Positions 25,380-40,087 of a stretch of DNA of 64,000 nt are shown here, one piece after another. The notes beneath the pieces were generated by a model. It was given only the letters and a program-made list of their open reading frames with translations. It did not search any database and had not been told where the DNA came from. The first letter of the stretch is position 1, and every line of letters starts with the position of its first letter. The stretch is from Paraspadella gotoi (taxonomy: Eukaryota; Animalia; Chaetognatha). The DNA is taken from NCBI GenBank assembly GCA_051294375.1, contig CM119269.1, positions 22,493,808-22,557,807 on the forward strand, read 5' to 3'. A program made the position numbers and the translations under genes.

Positions 25380-28300
25380 ATGGGACGAAAGATCGTTCTG
25401 GCGACTTGTTCGCTCAACCAGTGGGCGATGGACTTCGACGGGAACTTGAGCCGCATCGTGGAGAGCGTGAAGATTGCCAAAGATAAAGGGAGCGCCTATC
25501 GACTCGGCCCGGAGCTCGAGATCACCGGCTATGGATGCAACGATCACTTCTTCGAGTCCGACACTTTCCTCCATAGCTGGGAGGTGCTGTGCCAGCTGCT
25601 GGAGCACCGCACCTGTCAAGACATTCTCGTCGACGTCGGCATGCCGATCATGCACAAGAACGTGGCTTACAATTGCAGGGTTTTGTTTTATAACAGGTTA
25701 ACAGTTAACAGTTTTTATGTAGCAGGGTAAGAATTCCTTCATTTGCATATTGTAGAAATTTCGAATAATTCTTATATATTATGATAATGTTTCTTTGGAC
25801 GATTTAGAATATTATTTCACGTATATTTCAATTAATATTTAATAATTAATAATTTTTAATATTCTAATTTTAAGGAGACCTTGAATAGGGTTTAATAATG
25901 GATATTAATTTTAATATATCCTTATTCAGAAAGATCCTACTGATTCGTCCCAAGCTCAATCTCTGCGACGATGGAAATTTCCGGGAGAGTCGCTGGTTCA
26001 GCGCTTGGTGCAAACGGAAGCAGACCGAAGACTTCTTTCTTCCTCGAATGGTGCAGGAGATCACGGGTTCGAGACCGGGAATGGAGGATTCTTATTTTAT
26101 TTTGCTTTAATGAAAACTTTATTTTGTTGTTGGTTTTTTTTTTTTTAATTTTGAAGGACAACAAACTGTACCGATCGGGGACGCCGTCATCTCCACCGTA
26201 GACACGGTTTTCGGAACGGAGGTCTGCGAAGAGGTTCGTTATATCATTGTTCGTTGAAAAAGACAATTTGTTTTGTTAATTGTATATATATATATATATA
26301 TAATTGTATGACTCATATCGTCAGTTATGGAATCCTCAATCGAGCCACGTGGCGATGGGACTCGACGGCGTTGAGATCTTCACCAACGCCAGCGGAAGTC
26401 ATCATCAACTGCGGAAGGCCAACGTCATGGTGGACGTCATCAAAGGAGCCACCTACAAATGCGGAGGGGTCTATCTCTATGCCAATCAGAAGGGTGAGAA
26501 ACGTGACTACAAGTCTGACTATCTCTGACCAATCTGTGTTTACCCAACGGATTTCCGTGATTATCAGTTTCTATTTAAGATCATCTGTGAATAACTGAAT
26601 ATGAGTGAGTTGATGTTTTCAGGATGCGACGGCGAACGGTTGTTTTACGACGGTCGCGCCTGCATCGCCATCAATGGCCACATTATTGCTCAGGTGAAGG
26701 GAATCACGATTTTCAACGCCGTTTATTCCTTAGTTAAATCTCTCTCTCTCTCTCTCCTTTTATCTCGCCAGACGGGCCAATGCCCGACGAGATGTTTCTG
26801 CTTCTTTTGCCCGTTGTCGTCGTCGTGGTAGTCGTCACGCGGTTTTAACATTGAAAATAGCTTAACTGTGAAACCATAGGAAGCTGTAAATTTAGATATG
26901 GCTTCTCATCATTGAGGTCTTTTAAATTCTTATGTTTCATATTCTTACACTCATTTGTTTGTTTTATTTACAAACCAAATTTTATATATATAGATGAGTT
27001 CAGCTCTGCGGCAGCTGTACAAGAATAATTAAAGTTGTAAACTAGCAACTATGATAATTAAATCATTAAATATTTGGTTATCATCGCATCAATCCTTTGG
27101 TTATCATCGCATCAATATTTGGTTATCATCGAATCATCAATCAATCAATTAGTATTACATCAATAATTCGTTATCGCATCAATCATTCTTTTTTTTTCGG
27201 ATTTTTTCATTATACTATACTGTTTTCTGTCTCCCTCCCTCTCTCTCCAGGGATCCCAATTTTCACTGGAGGACGTGGAGGTTCTCGCGGCCACAGTGGA
27301 CCTCGAGGACATTCGAACCTACAGGTTCGTCTCAACGATCGATCCATCGATCTCGTCGCTCACTCGATCCCTCCCTTCTTTTTCTTGGTTCCTTTTAAAT
27401 AAGATATTGTGGCGGTATATTCACACCGCCTCACGTCCACCATCCGTCAGCCAAATCCATATTATTATTATTCTTTGAATGAGCTATCTTGCTCTGTCTT
27501 TAGATAGGCTCTAGTGGGTTATGGCCGCCATAACACTTGCAAGATAATAACATAGCAATACCCCGAAATCAAGACTCTCTCTCTGTCTCGTTCATTCACT
27601 CCCAGAGTACCTGGCTTCCCTTTCAATGAAGTGATATAATATTTTAAAGAATGTTTCAATCGTATGGAATGATATAAATGAATAAAAAAAATTTAAAAAA
27701 TCGTATGAATCGTCTCAAGTAAAAGTTTATTTGGGAAATACTTTTAATACTTTTACATGAGTTTATTCTTATTCTTAGTTTATTATTATTTTCTTTATTA
27801 TCCTCGTCCCCCTAAAGAAACGCGTTCCGGTCTCGGTGCCACCTCTCCGCCTCCACCTCGCCTTACCCTCGGGTGAGACTCGACGCCGCCCTCACTGTCG
27901 AGGATTCGGTGGGCGTGCCTTCCTTCGAGCCCATCGAGTGGAAATACCACACAGGTTATTGCTGGTTATCTCAGGTTATCTCGGGTTATCTCATTTATGA
28001 TCATATTAAATAATCATCTCTTACATGGGGTGGCGGGTCGGGTCGCGGGAGTTACCATTGTTGGACATAAACGCTCATCAACCATTAGTCAGGGCCATAA
28101 ACCCAACCGCCAAAAAATTACATTGCCTGCGTACTACTATATGTGAAATAGTATTAAGTTATGCGCTATCAATTAATTGCGCGATTGACTGACCGATTAG
28201 TGTCTGAGACAATATCGTGGACAATTTCAAAAATTTTTAAACTTACCGACTTACATATTATGAACTATTGTTTATTTAATTCGTGTTTGATTACATTAAA

Positions 28301-31009
28301 AGTGATAATCAAAGTTTGGCACAAATCGTTTTTAACAGTATTTGTAAAACAATACGTACCACGTAAAAATGAGGTTTCTTTGTGTCGAAACACTTTACGA
28401 GTTGTATTCAGTTTAGCTTGTAAAAGCTACTAAGTTTCTCCGGGCGTTTCTGAGTTTACGAGTTTCCGAGGGGGTTTTCTACTGTGAAGAAATGAAACTT
28501 TTTTTACAAAAACTAAAAAGGGGGGAACTGTAAAAAGCTTTGATAATTGATATGAAGAAAACTGGAGACGTTCGTCCGCGTCATCGTGAGAAAAAAAGTG
28601 AGATTCTCCGGAAAGCCTTCCCCTCCCTCTTTCCCCCACTTCTCCAGCGGAAGAAGAGATCGCTCTGGGTCCAGCCTGTTGGTTGTGGGATTATCTCCGT
28701 CGTTCGGGTCAAGGCGGTTTCTTCCTTCCTCTCTCCGGAGGCGTCGACTCCAGCTCCGTCGCCTGCATCGTCTCCTCGATGTGTCACCTCGTCGTCGACG
28801 CCGTCCGTTACGACAACGCTCAGGTTTTTGGGGTTTAAGACTTGAATTTGGCGATGTTGGGGGATTTCTTAAATGTTGGGGGATTTCTTAAATCAATATT
28901 TAATTGATACAAGCTTAGTGATGTATTAATTTTTAGGTTCTGGACGACGTTCGTCGCATTGTCCACGACCAGGAGTACATCCCTGAAGATCCAAAGGTCA
29001 GCGCATTTCATTTTTATTTTATTTAAAAAAAATTGATTGTTTGATTTTAGAATTTATGTAATTTTCCTCCTCACATTCTGCATTTCTCCCTCCATTAACA
29101 GGAACTCGCTTCACGCCTTCTCACCACCGCCTACATGGGCAACTCGGCCGCGTCCTCGGCCGACACCCGCCAACGCGCCGCCGACCTCGCCGCCCAAATC
29201 GGCGCGCGCCATCTCGCTTTCAACATCGACGTCGCCGTCGCCGCCGTCATCTCAATCTTCGTCAACGTCCTCGGGCGGACGCCGACTTTCCGCGCTCACG
29301 GCGGCGGAGTTCGTGAGAATTTGGCGCTGCAGAACGTGCAGGTCTCGGGAGGAGAGAGTTTTGTTTGTTTGCTGATTTAAATGGAAATGACATTTCGATA
29401 TCGGTGTTTTTCTTGTCCATCATTTCAGGCTCGAATCAGGATGGTGTTGGCTTATTTCTTCGCTCAGTTAACCCTTTGGGCGCAGGGGAGACCCGGTGAG
29501 ATTATACAATAATGGGAACGATAATTATTTGTCAATGAATATTAAATAAGATTTATTTCAGGTGGTCTGCTTGTATTGGGTTCGGCCAATGTGGACGAGC
29601 TTCTCTGCGGTTATATGACCAAGTACGATTGCTCTTCAGCAGATATTAACCCGATTGGAGGAATTTCAAAGACCGACCTCAAAAGATTTATCAAGCGAGT
29701 TATTTGAATTTAATTTTAAATCGAGTAATATTATGGACTAAAAAATGTAAATTATATGGTTATTATTTTTCCTTCTTTCAGATACTGCGCTCGAAAGTTT
29801 CAATTCAGCGCCCTAGAGCGGATCGTCTCCGCGCCCCCTACGGCCGAACTGGAACCTCTGGAAGATGGTCAAGTGACTCAGACGGACGAGGAACAGCTTG
29901 GCATGACCTACAAAGAGCTATCGATCATCGGCAAGCTCCGCAAGCAGAGCTTTTGCGGTCCCTACTCCATGTTCTGCAAGTTGATTCACTCGTGGCGAGA
30001 ATACACGCCAAGACAAGTAAGTTCGGACTCATTTTTGCCCAAACGTTGAATCATTTCCAGTTGCAACAAGTTTTGCTCGTTTTTTGCAGGTGGCCTTCAA
30101 GGTGCAGCACTTCTTCCGCATGTACGCCATCAATCGACACAAAGCGACAGTCGTGACTCCAGCTTATCACGCCGAGTCTTACTCGCCGGACGACAACCGG
30201 TTCGACCATCGCCCTTTCCTCTACAACATCAGCTGGAAGTGGCAGTTCCGCGCCATCGATGAAGAATCCGAGAAGCTGGAGAAGGTCCAGAAAAAGGCCA
30301 AGGTGTGAAGTCAACAATATATTGTTATTTTTGATAAGGATTTCTTAGACCTTTTCACCATTTTAGGGATACTTTTAATTAATTAATGAGATTTTATTAT
30401 GATTTAGTTTCTATTCATAATGTATTCATTATGTATCTTTTTTATGGCAAAAAAAAACAAAAACAGAAGCCTCGTTCGAACGCGTCTCGTCAAACCATAG
30501 ATTCTCACGGAAGCGGCACTTCCGGTACTTCGGGCGCTTCCGGTGCCGACTCTCCCGCTTCCGGTTCGAGTCGAGAGAATCTACCGGCGCCGCCGACCGA
30601 CATCCCCGGCGTCGTCGTTCCGACGGATCACGGCGATGTCTCGAAAAATGGCGCCGATTCTGATGGCACCTCGAAAAGTGGCGCCGTTTGTGATTTGAGC
30701 GATTCAATGAGATTCATTTTCGATGCGGGAGATGTCGCCACGATGGGTGGAGGAGTCGATCCTCTCTTTGCGCGACCGAAGCGCGACGTCGTCATCGTCG
30801 ATAAATCCGATGACAATTTCTCGACAATCGCGAGAGATCGTCGCGCGGAAGGAACGTGGCTCAACGTCGATCTCGTGGCGAGCGCGCCGCCGAGTTGGCA
30901 ACCCTTGCTGCAGCCAAGAAGAAACAAGGATGGAACAAGTATTGGAAGCAAATGTGGTTTACAAGATTCGATATCAAACGCGGGTTTAACTTTTGTCGCT
31001 CAGGGATGA
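25380..31009 (+). CDS. NADSYN1: Glutamine-dependent NAD(+) synthetase, ~15 exons
   Basis: [22 protein letters not shown]; nitrilase triad (GPELE, RPK, EVCEELW); P-loop PLSGGVDSS; [14 protein letters not shown]; [20 protein letters not shown]; [14 protein letters not shown]. Whether the final exon 30467-31009 is used or the protein stops at 30308 is uncertain. Confidence 0.95.
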
Positions 31010-31581
31010 AGTATGAATATTAAGTATTTTCTCACTGCCGACGAACAACGAGGAAACTATATTAGAATAAGTGTATTAGTAGCCGTTTTGTAGGTTCTGT
31101 GGGCCTCCCTTTGCTTGGTGGCGTTTATATTTACATGCCATATTTACATGCCGTTTGTATGCCTTTAAAAAGTTTAAAGAAAAAACTGTTAACTTACTCT
31201 AGGTCAATTGTGATATCCTTACAATAAGTAGTATTGTAAATACGGGATTGAAATAACCTTAGTTTTTGGGTGACGCTCCAGAGAATGTTAAATCTTTTCT
31301 TTTTTTTCCCCCCTTCCTCTTTTTCTAGTCTTCCTTCGCTTTTCTCCCCCCCCCCGTTAACTTTGTTTTATTTTGACGCATGAGCTGAGCCTTAGTTCAA
31401 TATGTCCAGATATCTTGCTCTTTTTTCTACTTATCATTCTTACCATTTTTCTTATTGTTTTTCATTTCAGAGCCATGAATATTAGTCGATTGCTTACTTT
31501 TTTGTGGAGATATTGGTGAAAAATTAAAATCAAAACGGTCGTTAACTCTGTGAACAAAAAGGAAGAAAAACTAAAAAAAAA

Positions 31582-32358
31582 ATGTCGGGAGTGAATTACA
31601 GCAAATGGGATCACATCGAAGTGTCGGACGATGAGGACGACACCCACCCCAATATCGACACGCCATCTCTCTTTAAGTGGAGACACGAGGCGAGGGTGCA
31701 GCGCATGCAGGAACAGACGGAGAAGGAGGCGATGATTAAGAAGCAGAAAGAGGTGGGCGTGGCTGAAGGGTTGTATGAGGTGGGCGTGGCTGTGGGGTTG
31801 AGATGTAGATTTAGCTCTATCCTAGAACATAGATAAAATCAGTTTCTTTCAGTAATACTCTTTAGTTAGTCAATAAGTAAATAAAATGATAGAGACTCTG
31901 CATAAATATTTATTAAATAAATCATAGGAAAGCAAAAAACAAAACTATATCAAACTCTGAAATCAAAAATATATTAATCATAGTACAGTACTGCAATATG
32001 CAAATGAAATTAAGAAACTGAAATCGTTCCTCAGGAGGCGGATAAGAAATATAAGATGAAGATGGCGGAGTTGGATCGAGCGAAGACGAAGACGGGAGAC
32101 TCGACGGTTGCGTTGGAGGAGTTGTCGGTCGAATTGGAGGAGATCGAGAAGAGGAAGAAGAAAGCGGAGGAGGAAGAGCAGAGAATGGAAGAGGAAAAGG
32201 CGAAGCAACCCTGGAACGTGGACACTCTCTCCAAACCGGGATTCGACCACAGCTCCATCAATCGGTCAAAGTCTAAATGGGAGCAGGAGAAGATGTTAAC
32301 CGAAGAGGAGAGGTCGCAGAGGATGGCCAAGTTTATCAAGGGTCAGTTTCCCAGAATT

Positions 32359-32400
<42 letters not shown>

Positions 32401-33174
32401 TGGAATCATTTTGTTGTATGGTCAATTTTCGATAAATTATTTATTTTGCTATTATATATTCTAGCATGGTATTTAATTTTTTTATTTTACATATCTTGTT
32501 AATTTTCCTAAACAACTCGGAAAATTCTATTTCTGTCCAAATGCAGAGAACCGTGAAAAGATTCGCGAATACGGTATGCTCCGGAGATGGGAAGATTCGA
32601 AGAAGTTCCTCCAAGACAACCTTCACCTCGTCTGCGAAGACACGGCCAACGACCTCGTCGTTTGGTGCGTCAATCTGGAGATCGAGGAGAAACACGACCT
32701 CATGGAACACGTCGCCCACCAAGTCATCTCCCTCCAGTTCATGCTGGAACTCAGCAAGCAGCTCGATGTGAGTTTGAGGAAGGGGAAGGTCAGGGTTTCA
32801 GTCTTCATTGAATGACGTGATTGTTTTTTGAGGTCAGGTGGACCCTCGATCGACAGTCAACACTTTCTTTTATCGGATGGAGAAAGCGAAACAAAGCGAG
32901 GATCAACAATACGTCCGTGGTTTCAACGAGGAGCTCAAAGCATTTAAGGTTGAAGGATATTTAATTTCAAATAATTCTAATATACATTTTATTAATCTTT
33001 CCAATACTTGCCTCAAAAGGAGCGTGTCCGGAAGCGCGCCAAGGAAAAGGTCGACGATGCCGTCAAGGAATACGAAGAAGAGGAGCGACAGAAGCGGTTG
33101 GGTCCTGGAGGACTCGACCCCGTCGATGTCTTTGACTCGCTTCCACCCCAATTGCAGAAATGCTTTGAATCGCA

Positions 33175-33237
<63 letters not shown>

Positions 33238-33498
33238 TATCTTAAACATTTGTCGGGAGATTATTCTAAATTGTAACACATTCCTCAGGATATCGAATTG
33301 CTCAAAGAGACGATGGCCAAACTCCCCGACGAAGACGCGCGCTACCATCTCGACCGATGCATCAAGAGCGGGCTTTGGGTTCCCAATGCAGCCGACGCCG
33401 CCGCCGCCGCCGCTGCTACGGACACATCCGACGCTGCCCCAAACACTGATGAGGACCAGGAAGGCGGAGATGTTGAAGGAGATGTTGAGGGGAGCTAG
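31582..33498 (+). CDS. CDC37: Hsp90 co-chaperone Cdc37
   Basis: [67 protein letters not shown]; GT-AG introns join these segments in frame. Confidence 0.96.
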
Positions 33499-34179
33499 TA
33501 GGACGAAAGGAGGAAGTGAATCCTTTAAAAACTATATCGAGCCACATCCGGGTCTTTGGAGACGGCGGTGGATAAGTTTGTCCCCCTCAAGACACGAATC
33601 AGACTTATCACTCTTTTGCCATTATGGGTTAGGGAAATCAGTCTTCCTCCATGGGAGGCGGATCACGTTCTAGTGAGGCCAATTTGTTACGTTTTTGATA
33701 ATGTTTATCATGCGATGTAGGATTAATTTGCCAATTCGTATATGCTATGAAGCGGAGTTGAAATATATTTTATTACAAATAAACCGTAAAACCAATTTTC
33801 TTTAAAATTTTAGACGGGCAACTTTAGAAAAGCAGCTGAAATTGAATCAATGACTTTACTTCTTTGTGACGAGGATTCCTAAAAGAATTTTATTATCAAA
33901 ATAAATTTATGGCAATTAATACATGCGGTAATAACTGAAGAACGTTCCCTCTCTATCGTGACTGCCTTTTATCAGTTCTGCCTATCCCTTCTACTTTGTG
34001 ATCCCCTTAAATTGTATTTTTTTTAATATATTGTGCGCATAAAATGCATTTTATCCATTTTTGTTTCATAAACTTGGGTCACGTTCCAAGACAAACATTA
34101 AACTACTTTCGCGGCCGGAAAAATTAAAACTCAGAAAGAAAAACAATGAACTCATTGACGAGAATGAATAAATATTTTT

Positions 34180-34637
34180 ATCGTCGCAATCGCTTTTGTG
34201 TTTGCGACGATATTGTAACGCTTTTGCGCATCAGTGGCGTCGTCGTTATCGTCGGCGTTCCAAATTATAGATCGCCTTTTTTATGATTAAATTTGGGTGT
34301 ATGAAGCTGAAAATTTATATACAGCTTCTGATCATCGATGTGTTTAAAATTGAGTCTGGACAGGTATTAAATATGTTTTGTTTACGTTTTATCAAAACAA
34401 ACAAATTTTCTCTTTTATTTTTATATTTTTTTCTCTCTCTTTTCTCTTTTAATTATATGTCTCTCTCCCTCTCTCTTTTCCCTAGTCACTAATTCATAGA
34501 GAAAAAAACGAGTCTGCAGCTGGCTCTGCAGGGGCTTATTTTTTCTCTCTCTTTCTCCTGCTGCTTCTGCTGCTGCATTTTTTTTTCTGGTTGCCTCTGC
34601 TGCTGCCGCTGCTGATTCGTCCGAAAACGATTTGGCT

Positions 34638-34734
<97 letters not shown>

Positions 34735-35079
34735 GAAAATGATTATAATTTTTTTTTTAATGCTGAAAAAAAAAAATTATCCTTTTTCAGTTTCCGGCCC
34801 GACTTTACAACTCTTAGTGGGATGCAAGTTTTTGAGAAATCGTCTGTTGTTGTTTTTTTTTCAGGGACTGCTGCCGCTGATTAGTTTATTTTTTGACAAT
34901 TGACAATGACAATTGACAATGACAAAAAAAAACTTTTTTTTTAATTGACAATCGCAAAATATAATTTTTTTTGTTTATAAATTAATTTTCTTTTCTCAAA
35001 TTTTATTTTTTTTAGTATCAATTTTGTCGTCAATCCAGATTTTTCTTATGCGATTGCGACGATCCTTATGCTTTTAAGA
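34180..35079 (+). mobile_element. DINE-1/HINE-like element R3, copy 2 (between CDC37 and REEP5)
   Basis: Same subterminal IRs (34180-34193 / 35050-35063), 5' hairpin, (CT)n/(T)n tract, small 3' stem ctta..taag, T-rich flanks. Confidence 0.7.
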
Positions 35080-35173
35080 TTTTTTTATAATGTAATTATT
35101 TTTACTAATCAATTCTAAACCGGTATTTCCCTTCTTGTGACAGAAAAAATAGAAACTTACCTCTCAAACAAAA

Positions 35174-36695
<1,522 letters not shown>

Positions 36696-38170
36696 TCGCC
36701 AAACGGGCGAACCCAAGAAATTTACTTTCCATTTTTATTAAGAACAACGGCATTGCAGAATGCGGATGTTTAAATGTTTTTAACAATAATCGCAACTATC
36801 TTTCATGGTTTTTGTGAAGGTGTATTATAGTAAAATTTTTTATTTAAAATTATTTTTTAATGCTTTTTTTTCTTCCCCAATTTTCATGTTGATCTCGTCA
36901 ATTATTTTTGAGAGCAAATTATGTGATGCACCTTTTATTAAATCTTCAATCCTTTCATCACTTCTTTCAACTTCTTGCTTTTATTTTCCTTTTTAAAGCA
37001 AATTATGTAATCTATGTAGTAGCTTTTTTTAAATTATTAAGCATTTTATCTAATTCTCTGCATTGCTCATAAAGTTTCAGTATCTTGAAAGTGTGCATGA
37101 CCAGGATCTAAGCATCTGTGTTGATTTAGTCCAGCTCAGTATTTTTAAGGCTTTTTTATCATTTCTCATTATGCGCGTTACTTTTTTCCTTAATTAAAAT
37201 ATTCGTCAGCTGTTTCGCAGAATTATTCACATGTATTACTGAACTAGACTAAAGTATGAAAATAGAAAAACTTAATTGACGCTAATTTAGTTATTAATTT
37301 TATAAATATTATGAAACGTTTTAATCTTAATCCTGATAGATATTTTATTTTCTCCTGTTTATTTCTGATGTGCCATTCATCAGAAATGCCCGCGATTTTT
37401 AAGAAAATGAAAACTAACTTTCGCTGGGCGAATTAAAATGGAGGAATCTGACGCAACGAAGCTCGTTTATAGGTATTAAAGTATGTATGCTAATCTGGGG
37501 TTTTGAATTTTGCCACTCACCAAAAAATATGAAGTACAATTTGACGGGACACTGGACAGGTGCATTCGTTACCAGAGTATGCCCGGTTGGAGAAGAATGA
37601 TGGCGAACAAGTTAAAAGTTGCTAGAGCCCGAGGTGGGAGTACAGTGGCCAAACGGATCCATCTGAGAACCGTTGAAAAGTCTGCCAGTTTCAGCATTGG
37701 TTCTGGCTCCAAAGCCTATTGAAGTTGAACGTCGGTTGTGATGAAGTAGTTATGCCCTTGAATGAAATTATTAGTGTCGCCGCCACAAATTTCTATTTTT
37801 ATTATGATGGGATTGAAAAGGGACAAACGAGTAGAAATATATCCCCTTTTTTTATTTTCTTCTCATTTGTTTACTAAAAAAAGAATATAAACCCAACAAA
37901 AAAACATGTATTCCATTAAAGCTGCTGCTCTCATTCTTTTTTTTACAGGGATTTTCTTGTTTCTTCGTCTCGTAAGCTTTGTATAACTCTGCGTTCATTT
38001 TTTTTCAGTGTCAACTTTTTTTGAGATCGGATTAAAACGATGCAATGCTTATGCGACAATAAATTAATGTGAAAATATTTTTAACCAAAAACAACAAAAA
38101 AAAAATTTCGCTTCCATTTCCATCAAAGGGAAAAAGAAAAAAAGAAAAAGAAATTCAAAAAAGCCCAGAA

Positions 38171-39640
38171 ATGTCTTATCCGAATCAAAACGATTTTTAT
38201 CAAACGGACTGGAACCAAGGATGGGACGGTTACGACATGTCCAGTGCCGTCGACCCAGGACCCAATAATCAAGGATTCGGCGAGCCACAGTTCGGGACTT
38301 TCGACTACGGCGGTCAAGCGTCGCACGCGGCGGGTTACGGTTACGCGCCGTCGCCGTCGATGGGCGATCCGTCGGCCGCTGGGGTCCATCTTGGCACCGA
38401 TTACGGGTCAGCCTTCGCTCCGCCTCCTCCGCCCATGCCACCCGCCACTTCGCCTTACACGGGATCGATATTTCATCCGACGACGATGATGCAGACGACG
38501 ATGATGCAGACGCAGCATTCCATGAGTGAGTGAGATAGGAGGCGCGGGGGGGGGGGTGTGGATGGTGGAAGGGCGCGGATTAAGGATGTGGATGGAATTT
38601 TCATGTTTTAAACATTTTTCATTACATTACATTACGTTTTTCAAATGAGTCTCTTTCTCTTTTTATTTTGTGATTGATTTTATGTTGTGCGTTAAATGTT
38701 TAAATGTTTAAATTAAATATTTAAATGTTGTAAACTTGTGATGAAACTGATGATCGTTGTAATCATCAGGCCCCAATTCCAACTTGGACTCTGGTCTCGG
38801 CCTTGGATCCACCTCCGCCGTCGGCGACGACTTCGAGGACGAACCTCCGCTGCTCGAGGAACTCGGGATCAACTTCGACCACATCCTGCAGAAGACGTGG
38901 AGCGTCTTGCATTTGTTGAAGGAGACAGACCCGCAGGTCGTCGGGGATTCAGACATGGCCGGTATGTTCTAAGTTGCATCGTGGTTTTCTGGTTCTTTTC
39001 AGTTCTCCAATCACATTTGCATATTATATATTATATTATTTTTTTTTTCTCATATATTTTTATTCGTTTCTTTACAAGATTCCTTTTATTATTCTGGGGA
39101 TACTTTTAATAAGGTTTATCAATGATTCAGTTTTCCAGGTAGTTTTTGTATTGATTGATCAATAAATTAAATTTTGATTGACATTTTTCAGTTTATTTAG
39201 TAATGATGTTTAATTTGTTTATCTTTTTTCTCTTCCCCTCTCCCCCCTTAGGTCCCCTCGTATTCTGCTTCGCCCTCATGGCCACCCTCCTCTTGGGCGG
39301 TAAAGTGGCCTTCGGCTACATCTATGGCCTGGGTCTGATGGGCTGCCTGGGCATGTACCTCCTACTCAACCTGATGTCGGTGTCAGGCGTGGACCTGTCC
39401 TGCGTCGTCTCCATCCTCGGCTACTGCCTGTTGCCCATGGTTCTGCTCAGTGGCTTCTCTATCGTCTTCTCCCTCCAAGGCCTGGTCGGCATGGGGCTCG
39501 CCGGCCTGGCCATCGCCTGGTGCGGCCTGGCCGCGGCTAAACTCTTCGTCACTGCGTTGGGGATGGACAGGCAGCAGTTGATCGTTATGTATCCCTGCTG
39601 CCTGGTATACGGGGTCTTCGCGTTGCTGACAGTCTTTTGA
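38171..39640 (+). CDS. YIPF5: Yip1 domain family member 5/7, 3 exons
   Basis: [24 protein letters not shown]|[47 protein letters not shown]. Confidence 0.93.
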
Positions 39641-40087
39641 AAAAATTTAAAAATGCAGAAAAAATGCAAAGAAAATATTTCTCGGGGGAATTTTATTTCC
39701 CCCAAACCTTTTCCAGTTATAACTGCTGTGTGACTAAAGTTGTGTGTGACTAAAGTTTATATCTTCCTTTGTTATATATTTAGGGTTACTTTATTTTAAT
39801 AGGTTTGTTTTATTTAGTCTAGTTTAGCTAGGACCAACGAACGTATAATTTTATAAGAACAACGGGGGTTAGTCCTCCTGGGCGGTTTATTTACTTAAAA
39901 ATTAAGGAGCCGCGATGATTTTAAATCGAGTTGATAAGGAATTTTTAATGTTAATGTTTTATCATTCGAAGCTTTGCTAAATCGCAATAGACACAAACTT
40001 GAAACAAAAACAAAAAAAATCCCCTTCCTCCTCCACATCATAACTTCCTTTCTTTTTCTACACACACAAACACATTCACACCAAAAA

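Noticed and set aside
37510-37745. GC-balanced island between REEP5 and YIPF5, faintly like a retroelement integrase C-terminus
   Set aside because: Interrupted frames and similarity too weak to support.
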